IMG/VR virus record: IMGVR_UViG_3300045972_000219
Length of the DNA stretch: 64,000 bases
From: a virus
Lineage: Duplodnaviria > Heunggongvirae > Uroviricota > Caudoviricetes
Direction: 5' to 3' (one strand)
Shown: piece after piece, positions 10,397 through 17,411 of the stretch
How positions within the stretch are numbered: position 1 is the first letter of the stretch
Layout of the letters: each line of letters begins with the position of its first letter
Notes under the pieces: generated by a model
What the model saw: the letters and a program-made list of their open reading frames with translations, nothing else
The model's database searches: none
What the model was told of the DNA's origin: nothing
Position numbers and translations under genes: made by a program

Positions 10397-11378
10397 AAAC
10401 TATTGCCCCTTTAAACAGTAATGTTTAAATGTAAATTCCTTTAATTGCTGGAAAATCCTAATAGGATAATCAGCAGCGAAGCACTATCATAATCAGAGGA
10501 AAGGAACAATTTATGTTCAAACCCTTTGATTGGACTGAAACAGATGAATTGTATTTAAGAAAATACCGTAGTAAAATGACACCTAACCAGATTGCAAAAG
10601 TTTTAAATGCGAACATTTATCAGATTAAAAGTCATTTAGTAGAATTAAGTTTAAGTGACAAACAATACTCTATATCTTTACCAAATGAAATTTGGAAAAA
10701 GATAAATGGATTTGACTATGCAGTTTCAAATTTTGGTAGAGTTAAATGTTTAACTGATGATTGCTATGGTCGTGATTTAAAATCATGGATAAGTTCAAGC
10801 CACGGTTATATACAAATTATACTTGTTAAAGATGGTCAGAAAATAAATAAGCGAGTACATCGTCTTGTAGCTGAAGCATTCATAGTGAATCCAAATAATA
10901 AAGATCAAGTGAATCATAAGGATGGAGATAAGACAAATAATCACTTAGACAATCTAGAATGGATGAATCAAAGTGAAAATCAACTCCATGCTTTTGAAAA
11001 TGGTCTACAAATTGGAAAGCGTACTCATTCAAAGGTGGATGAAAATTTAGTACATAAAATATGTAAACTAATTGAAAATGATATTGATAATAAAACAATT
11101 ATCAAACAATTAGAGCTAGATACATATTTATCATCACCTAGAAGTTTACTATCTAGAATTAAGCTCAAGAGAGAATGGACTACAATTAGTAAAAATTATA
11201 ATTTCTGATTATGATAGTGAACGTTCAACGACTAGTGCATAGCACGTACACTACAAGCTAATGGTAGTGGAAATGGGGAACATCCTAATGGGATGAAGAT
11301 ATAGTCTGGTCTGCATGGTAACATGCAGCTGCAGGTAATGCTGCGGGTATAATCTTGCGAATTATATTGAACACAACG
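10397..11378 (+). mobile_element. group I intron 2 in the RNAP beta gene
   Basis: Exon ends GGT and intron ends G; P/Q/R/S elements present; splicing restores RLG|EQE (RFGEME motif). Confidence 0.92.
10513..11208 (+). CDS. intron-encoded HNH homing endonuclease (Myb-like HTH, NUMOD4, HNH_3)
   Basis: DWTETDELYL, YAVSNFGRVK, VHRLVAEAFIVNPNNKDQVNHKDGDKTNNHLDNLEW. Confidence 0.9.
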   Translation: MFKPFDWTETDELYLRKYRSKMTPNQIAKVLNANIYQIKSHLVELSLSDKQYSISLPNEIWKKINGFDYAVSNFGRVKCLTDDCYGRDLKSWISSSHGYIQIILVKDGQKINKRVHRLVAEAFIVNPNNKDQVNHKDGDKTNNHLDNLEWMNQSENQLHAFENGLQIGKRTHSKVDENLVHKICKLIENDIDNKTIIKQLELDTYLSSPRSLLSRIKLKREWTTISKNYNF

Positions 11379-11606
11379 GAGCAAGAACTTATATGTCTAA
11401 TGCTTCTTCAAGATCCAAATGAACTATCAAGATTCATAAGGCAAACATCATCTAATCGTGATGATAGAGAAGCTTTGATAAGAACTCTATTAACTGATGA
11501 TGTTTATAACATGGAAAAGATTGAAATAAGTGATGATACTGAATCACATACTATGTCTATCCTAAACTCATACTTAACAGCTATAGGTTTGAAGTTAAGT
11601 ATCTAA
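11379..11606 (+). CDS. rpoB: RNAP beta C-terminal subunit, exon 3
   Basis: EQELICLM...ILNSYLTAIGLKL matches the beta C-terminus (EME..AL ... L..EL..LG). Confidence 0.85.
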   Translation, partial: EQELICLMLLQDPNELSRFIRQTSSNRDDREALIRTLLTDDVYNMEKIEISDDTESHTMSILNSYLTAIGLKLSI

Positions 11607-11609
11607 ATT

Positions 11610-11650
11610 AATTACTCTATACCCGTTAAGGTATAGAGTAATTTTTTTTA
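11610..11650 (+). terminator. rho-independent terminator after the RNAP beta gene
   Basis: 14-bp stem AATTACTCTATACC/GGTATAGAGTAATT followed by a T-run. Confidence 0.8.
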
Positions 11651-11656
11651 TATTCA

Positions 11657-11668
11657 CATATTATATCT
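11657..11668 (+). promoter_or_regulatory. putative early-type phage promoter in front of the ubiquitin-like operon
   Basis: CATATTATATCT; the same (C/G)ATATTATAT core occurs at 547-559(-), 4314-4327(+) and 53584-53596(-), each about 30-40 nt or less upstream of a gene start. Confidence 0.5.
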
Positions 11669-11699
11669 AAGTCATATAAACTAAATTAAGGAGGATATA

Positions 11700-12593
11700 A
11701 TGATTCACCGAATTGATACGTTGTACGATAGACAAGACAGGCTAGTGGATTTACATCCACCAGAAAAGTTATTAATCTTTGTATGTGAGGATACACTAGA
11801 GTTATCAAATTTTGATACAACGATGTACGAGTTGGTAGAGGGATTAATCCTAATAGGGGCTACAGAAATTAGTATAGTTATGAGTAATGGACTAGTAGCT
11901 TCGTTAACAAACAGGAGTCATTTTAGTGATTGGATTAACAAAACCCACCAACTTATAAAGAACTGTAGACCCTATGTAAAATTAGATTTAATTAATGTAG
12001 ATTATGCAATAGCTAATTCTGAAAAGCTAGACATTGATGATATTATTATCATTCATGCAGGTAGCCCTACTGATGCTGAAAAAGAATTCTTAGAGCTTAC
12101 AGAAGATGTATATGTAATGAATAAGAGAGACTTCTCACTAGGTAGATACACTAATGTATTGACTGATTTAAAAACAGCTGATGTAGAGCCAATTAATGCA
12201 GTAATAGTTGATATGGTTCACTCTATGCAAATACTTCTTCTTATAAACATTTTATCTAAACCAAGCATTTATAAGAAATCTGAAATGTCATTTACTGCAG
12301 TTGACTTTGTAGAGATGATAATGGAAAATGTAGTTGATGAGTTAAGACTCCAACGTAATCTTAGTAGAGAGATAAGTGATGATGCTGTTAATGTCTTTTC
12401 TGTCTTTTCTGGACCATCTGAATCTGAAATAGGAGAATATTTAAACAGATATAATGTTAAGAATCTTACTGAGCTAGCAAAGCTTAAAGGAATTATCCCT
12501 GCTACCCTCAGAACAAGATTAAAGCTTGGATGGGATATAGAAACAGCGCTAAATACCCCAAGTAAGGAGAGACAGTATGGAACTGAGTTTTAA
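11700..12593 (+). CDS. hypothetical protein with C-terminal HTH, first gene of the Ubl operon
   Basis: C-terminal LTELAKLKGIIPATLRTRLKLGWDIETALNTP is a typical phage HTH; N-terminal alpha/beta region unassigned. Confidence 0.6.
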   Translation: MIHRIDTLYDRQDRLVDLHPPEKLLIFVCEDTLELSNFDTTMYELVEGLILIGATEISIVMSNGLVASLTNRSHFSDWINKTHQLIKNCRPYVKLDLINVDYAIANSEKLDIDDIIIIHAGSPTDAEKEFLELTEDVYVMNKRDFSLGRYTNVLTDLKTADVEPINAVIVDMVHSMQILLLINILSKPSIYKKSEMSFTAVDFVEMIMENVVDELRLQRNLSREISDDAVNVFSVFSGPSESEIGEYLNRYNVKNLTELAKLKGIIPATLRTRLKLGWDIETALNTPSKERQYGTEF

Positions 12594-13560
12594 CACGTAT
12601 GACTTTACTGAATTAAATAAAAATAGAACCGTTATTCTTGATGAAATGAGTAAGATTAATACTCATGAGCTTAGAGATCTATTATTTGCAGCTCTACCGG
12701 AATATGTCATTCCAACATATTATGGATCTATTTCAACAGTAATTCTTGATAGAAAATTTAGATTCTTACTTGCCTTCTCACCGGAATTAATTTACCATCT
12801 GAACGTTAAGTATGAGGGAAATACGTTAGCTGATCTTCATGGAATGAGTTTAGATCAAGTAGAAAAATTATGTGCGAAGTTTCAAAAGTATATAGACCAG
12901 TCATTAAATATAACTAGGAATATATATGATGATGTTATGGCAGAGACAGATGATATCTGTGCTCATATATATAATCATAAGATAGGATCATTTGATGCAA
13001 CTATATTTAATTCAATAGTTGAAATAATTAATCCTAAAATTAATATGATTAATGCAACAAAAGGTAGTAGTTTTTCATCATTTGATTTTCAATCTATCAG
13101 ACTACCTGAAGATTCACCGATTGAGTACATTCAACCAATTGATGCTAAGAAAATTAAAATGGTGTTAAAGAAATTTCATCAGCCACGATTGATCAAGAAA
13201 TCAAAGCATATATTCCTGATTGAGAGAACAGACCTTAATAATATTGGATTTCAAAGTATGTATCTAGCATTTAGAGATGAGTCTACATTTCCTAGTGTGC
13301 ATGCATACTCTGATAAGGAATGTGTAACTCCGGCTAGACATCCTAATATTAACGGTGGATCTGTATGTCTTGGTGACTTAAGAACCAATCATGCTAATCC
13401 TACTATTATGGATTTCCTAAAGATGATGGAAATGATGAATTTTGATTCCGCTTATTTCGGAAGGAATGAGGTAAGTAAGATATTCAAAAATGCATCTGCT
13501 GGTGAGACAGATTGGTTTAAAGTAACTGGTCTTAAACTACTTACAGGAGGAGGACTATGA
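12577..13560 (+). CDS. prokaryotic E2 (ubiquitin-conjugating)-like protein with N-terminal helical extension
   Basis: RHPNINGGSVCLG matches the UBC HPN-x-C active-site signature (canonical HPNI..NG.ICL); adjacent to E1 and JAB genes. Confidence 0.7.
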   Translation: MELSFNTYDFTELNKNRTVILDEMSKINTHELRDLLFAALPEYVIPTYYGSISTVILDRKFRFLLAFSPELIYHLNVKYEGNTLADLHGMSLDQVEKLCAKFQKYIDQSLNITRNIYDDVMAETDDICAHIYNHKIGSFDATIFNSIVEIINPKINMINATKGSSFSSFDFQSIRLPEDSPIEYIQPIDAKKIKMVLKKFHQPRLIKKSKHIFLIERTDLNNIGFQSMYLAFRDESTFPSVHAYSDKECVTPARHPNINGGSVCLGDLRTNHANPTIMDFLKMMEMMNFDSAYFGRNEVSKIFKNASAGETDWFKVTGLKLLTGGGL

Positions 13561-14237
13561 AATACATGAATAGACTTACCTTCTTAGGTAAGGTAAGAAA
13601 ACCAATGTGTATTCTCGGTACTGGCGGAATTGGAAGTAATGTTGTTCGATATTTAGATAAAGGAGCAAAGCTATCTTCATATCAATGTATTAATCTCTAT
13701 GAAATGGATACTGTGGAATTATCTAATCTAAATAGATCTTCACTATTTAGAGTAGATGACATTGGTAAACCTAAAGTGTATGCAGTTAATAGTAATAGGG
13801 AAGATTTACCAGATATAGAAAATTTAAATATATATGCATATACCATTAGGATAAACTCCACTAGTCTATTAGAAGGTCTGATAGTCGATTGTAGAGACAC
13901 AATTGATCCTAATCTTCTTCCTCCAGCTACATGGATTAAAGCGTCATATAATGGTGGAAGTTCTATGTCATGGCACTTTCTTCCTAGTGTTACTAATCAT
14001 GCTATATGGCGGTCAGATGGTGGTGATAACTCATATGAAGTTACACCAAGTTTCTATGTTCCTGCAGCAATGTCAGGTCTGATTACTAAAATGTTTAGTA
14101 CTATCAAACAGTTTACTAATCTTGACCCTGAAAAGCATAGTCGAATTGTTAGATTTAATATCGATCACGCTATAAAGCAAATACTTGAGAGGAAGGAGGA
14201 AGAATCTAATGAAGATAAGTCAGGAGAGGATTCGTGA
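13557..14237 (+). CDS. ThiF/MoeB/E1-like adenylyltransferase
   Basis: ILGTGGIGS nucleotide-binding loop, YEMDTVELSNLNR, DDIGKPKV, LIVDCRD. Confidence 0.92.
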   Translation: MKYMNRLTFLGKVRKPMCILGTGGIGSNVVRYLDKGAKLSSYQCINLYEMDTVELSNLNRSSLFRVDDIGKPKVYAVNSNREDLPDIENLNIYAYTIRINSTSLLEGLIVDCRDTIDPNLLPPATWIKASYNGGSSMSWHFLPSVTNHAIWRSDGGDNSYEVTPSFYVPAAMSGLITKMFSTIKQFTNLDPEKHSRIVRFNIDHAIKQILERKEEESNEDKSGEDS

Positions 14238-15117
14238 ATTCCTTCCAGTAAATGGTACAAATACTGCATGGGCAACAAACGTTAGTTATGTAATCAAGAG
14301 TATGGTGACGACTACTGGATTCTTTAATGATCCTATACTTGATGAGAATCATATTAACAATTTTTGTACTGCATTCAGAGGTTATTTCAATCTAATTTCA
14401 GTTAGTGGTCTTAAATCATTCATTATGGAGAAACTTTTACATAAAATTAACAACAAAATGAATATTAATATATACGATGATATAACTAATATGCTAATTG
14501 ATTTTTGTGCAGTAAATTCTATTGAGAATATGATGGGGTTCAATGATCTGCCAGATAACATTGAAGAGTTATCTCCATTAGATTTTAAAGACATAATTGT
14601 TGACTGCATATCTAGAATATATGTATGTAATGATAGTGCAATGAAAACTACCATGAAGAATATGCTATTCAGTGAGATTATTCCTAACATGATGACTTAC
14701 ATCATGGATCAAATGACATTCTTAGAGGAGTTGGAGGATGAAGAATTTAATGCTTTATTTGATGAGATAGATGAATTGGGATATTTGATAATTACTGCAT
14801 CTAAGTTAATTCAGTCTATACTCAATACAAGTAGAGGATTAGATGATATGAGTCCAACAAAGATTGGATGCAGTATTGATTCAGAATATTCAGCGTTTAT
14901 TAAATATGTATATGAAGGTAGTATGTCACCATGGACATTCTTTATGACACCTGAAGATTTTGATTCAAATCTTGATAATCTTATTAAAACAAATCCTAAA
15001 GCAGTATTATCCTCAATGATAGAATGGAAGGTAAATTTCAAAGAAGTAAGTCTTGTAAAGGAGGTATCAAATGAAAATATCCTAGCTGTAAAAAGATTTC
15101 TATGTATTGAAGATTAA
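14209..15117 (+). CDS. hypothetical helical protein in the Ubl operon
   Basis: AAGGAGG RBS before ATG 14209, overlapping the E1 gene end. Confidence 0.6.
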   Translation: MKISQERIREFLPVNGTNTAWATNVSYVIKSMVTTTGFFNDPILDENHINNFCTAFRGYFNLISVSGLKSFIMEKLLHKINNKMNINIYDDITNMLIDFCAVNSIENMMGFNDLPDNIEELSPLDFKDIIVDCISRIYVCNDSAMKTTMKNMLFSEIIPNMMTYIMDQMTFLEELEDEEFNALFDEIDELGYLIITASKLIQSILNTSRGLDDMSPTKIGCSIDSEYSAFIKYVYEGSMSPWTFFMTPEDFDSNLDNLIKTNPKAVLSSMIEWKVNFKEVSLVKEVSNENILAVKRFLCIED

Positions 15118-15144
15118 CTGATATATAATAAAAGGGATGATGTT

Positions 15145-15621
15145 ATGGTTAAATGGATAATTTGTGCAGTACCAAACGATTCAGAACGTATTGATGTAGA
15201 GAGTCTTGTTGATGAGATATCTACTCCGTTCGGGTTCGCTGATGAAGTGTTAGATGTAACCTTCTATAGCAGTGATCCATCCTCTTTCATGCATATACTT
15301 AAACTTATGAAAAGGAGAAAGACTGAGCTAGTGATACAGCAGTATGAGATGGTTGCCGATATATTCGAATCATCTGCCCTGCCTGATAAAATTGGCACAG
15401 TAATATTTACTAACCTCATGAAAAATATACCTGATGAAAGGCTTCATACATTGAGCACACTCATCAATAATACTCTGGGGCAGGCAAATAAAGAATCTGT
15501 GGTATACAATGATATTGAGAAATCCTCTAACATCCCAAATAAAGATTTAATTAAAGATCTAAAGAGTCAAAACATAGAAATATGTTTAGTGAAAGCAAAA
15601 TTTAAAAAGAAAAGGGGCTAA
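15145..15621 (+). CDS. hypothetical protein in the Ubl operon
   Basis: 158 aa ORF, AAGGG RBS. Confidence 0.55.
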   Translation: MVKWIICAVPNDSERIDVESLVDEISTPFGFADEVLDVTFYSSDPSSFMHILKLMKRRKTELVIQQYEMVADIFESSALPDKIGTVIFTNLMKNIPDERLHTLSTLINNTLGQANKESVVYNDIEKSSNIPNKDLIKDLKSQNIEICLVKAKFKKKRG

Positions 15622-15623
15622 TC

Positions 15624-16175
15624 ATGCCAAAAACAGCAAGCGAGTTGAGCAACACAGACGTATTCCATTTCTATAATAATCCAGAGCTGTCTAACGCTCA
15701 GGTAGTTGAGGCACTGGATACTACATGGGCTGATCTTAAGACTAAGGTTAGGGTTAATAAGACTTTAGCTTCATCTCTTACTATGGTAAGAGAGGGTGGA
15801 ACTGATGGTGCATACTTCCCACTTATGAATGCTCAAGTAGCAACTATTGAAGATGCAGAAATTGTTGAAGTTATGACAGATGAAGCCGAAGCTAATGTTA
15901 CTACAATTATTATGGAACGTCCTGCAGATAACCTTCCATCAATCAGCACTGAATTCCATTGCACATTATTAATTCAGACTAACAGTGGTGATCAGAGACG
16001 TGAAATCCCAGGTCCGACAAGGCAGGATGCTGAGCGTCAAATCAAGGATGCAATTGCAGAAATTAAGATTGCACAATACACTGTACAGGATGAAGCTGGA
16101 GATTACGTAACCTCCATCAACAATATCCGTACAGGTCAAACAATCAAACTGCGCAGTGTAGATGCTGCAGCTTAA
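15624..16175 (+). CDS. probable ubiquitin-like (beta-grasp) protein with N-terminal extension, C-terminus RSVDAAA
   Basis: The last ~72 aa read as beta-beta-alpha-beta-beta (CTLLIQT, RREIP, RQDAERQIKDAIAEI, YTVQDEAG, IRTGQTIKL) with a small-residue tail; located immediately before the JAB gene. Confidence 0.55.
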   Translation: MPKTASELSNTDVFHFYNNPELSNAQVVEALDTTWADLKTKVRVNKTLASSLTMVREGGTDGAYFPLMNAQVATIEDAEIVEVMTDEAEANVTTIIMERPADNLPSISTEFHCTLLIQTNSGDQRREIPGPTRQDAERQIKDAIAEIKIAQYTVQDEAGDYVTSINNIRTGQTIKLRSVDAAA

Positions 16176-16184
16176 GGAGAAATA

Positions 16185-16778
16185 ATGAATCCTTTTGGAG
16201 AAGTTATGAAGATTCATACTACTGGTAAAGTGGTGATTCCTCAAGAGATAGTTGGATTGCTTAACGATATCCATCGAAATTTACCTAATAAAAATGTAGA
16301 GTTTGGGATCTACTGTAATTCGGTACTTGATTTAGAGACGTTTACTGTAACTATAGAGCTTAATAAGAGCTTCATACCAAAACAGATAGTATCTAGTGTG
16401 ACTATTGAGTTTATTGAAGGTAAATCGTTTGTAGGTGATGACTTCAATACTGTAATACATCGTCATCCTGAAGGAGTTAATACTTTTTCCAATACAGATA
16501 AAGAGAGTATTAATAAAAATTGGGATGTATCGATACTATTTATACCGCCCTATAAATTTCCACAGGCTATTATAAATATTGACATCACTCCTACAAGTAG
16601 ATTGCAAATTCAAGCATCTGTTGAAATTGCACCTTCAGAGGAGGATGAGAATCTAATCAATGTTATAAACAGTAAGATAGGTACTGGAAAAGCTAATAAC
16701 ATCCATGAAGATGATATTGATTATCCTGATCCTCCCAAGATAGCTAAGAAACCATTTATACCAAAGTCTTGTAGTTAA
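16185..16778 (+). CDS. JAB/JAMM (MPN+) metalloprotease
   Basis: N-terminal catalytic Glu (NVEFGIY) and an exact H-x-H-x7-S-x2-D motif (HRHPEGVNTFSNTD). Confidence 0.85.
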   Translation: MNPFGEVMKIHTTGKVVIPQEIVGLLNDIHRNLPNKNVEFGIYCNSVLDLETFTVTIELNKSFIPKQIVSSVTIEFIEGKSFVGDDFNTVIHRHPEGVNTFSNTDKESINKNWDVSILFIPPYKFPQAIINIDITPTSRLQIQASVEIAPSEEDENLINVINSKIGTGKANNIHEDDIDYPDPPKIAKKPFIPKSCS

Positions 16779-16818
16779 CATACCATTAGGTATTAAATAC
16801 AACTACAGAGAGCCAAAT

Positions 16819-17130
16819 ATGAAACAGAGACTACTGCACAATGGTTCTAAAGTATTTAAGGTATCTGATAAAGAACTAGAAGAGTTCAAGATACTAATGA
16901 ATAAAAAAGAGTCCTTAGATAGTGTAATAAAAACAGTAGTGACTGAGTTAATGAAATTAAAACAAGAGACTAGACTTGAAGAACAGGAGTTTTGGACTAA
17001 TATCTTTAATAAGTTTGAAGTTGATCCAAGATGTGTTGTCAAGCTAGACCCTAAAAATCAAGAGTTGGAAGTAATAGGTATTCCTGATGGAATAAGTCTT
17101 AATGAATTTGAGTCAGATGTAATACATTAA
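16819..17130 (+). CDS. hypothetical coiled-coil protein, last gene of the Ubl operon
   Basis: 103 aa ORF followed by a terminator hairpin. Confidence 0.6.
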   Translation: MKQRLLHNGSKVFKVSDKELEEFKILMNKKESLDSVIKTVVTELMKLKQETRLEEQEFWTNIFNKFEVDPRCVVKLDPKNQELEVIGIPDGISLNEFESDVIH

Positions 17131-17133
17131 ATA

Positions 17134-17165
17134 ATAGCTGATACCCCTAAAAAGGTATCAGCTAT
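17134..17165 (+). terminator. hairpin closing the Ubl operon
   Basis: 12-bp stem ATAGCTGATACC/GGTATCAGCTAT. Confidence 0.7.
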
Positions 17166-17235
17166 ACTAACTGCAACTAAAAAATATCTAAAAACATTTA
17201 TTTGTCTTATACTATAATAACTAGGAGATGAAGAT

Positions 17236-17409
17236 ATGCCAATGGGAAGATCAATAAAACCTGGAAATCCTGAATTTGAAGAAATTGCAAAGCAGATTAC
17301 TCCCATTGAGAGGGTTAGTAAGAAAAATTATAAGGGTACATATATCAGTGCAGATATGACACCAATTAAATATCGTAAAAGTTCAAAGGAAATAAATAAA
17401 TTGAGGTGA
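17236..17409 (+). CDS. small basic hypothetical protein (57 aa, absent from the ORF track)
   Basis: MPMGRSIKPGNPEFEEIAKQITP...; AGGAG RBS; stop overlaps the ligase RBS. Confidence 0.55.
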   Translation: MPMGRSIKPGNPEFEEIAKQITPIERVSKKNYKGTYISADMTPIKYRKSSKEINKLR

Positions 17410-17411
17410 TT

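Noticed and set aside
5314-11606. recA and RNAP fragments read as pseudogenes, frameshifts, inteins or stop-codon recoding
   Set aside because: In-frame stops coincide with group I intron 5' ends, U/G splice rules and P/Q/R/S elements are met, and splicing restores conserved motifs. Other genes read normally in the standard code.
13557-16778. Thiamine/molybdopterin sulfur-carrier pathway or host CBASS/Bil contamination as the explanation for ThiF+JAB
   Set aside because: No ThiS/MoaD-type GG protein, biosynthetic enzymes, CD-NTase or effector is nearby; an E2-like Cys motif is present; composition, RBS style and promoter/terminator match the flanking phage genes.
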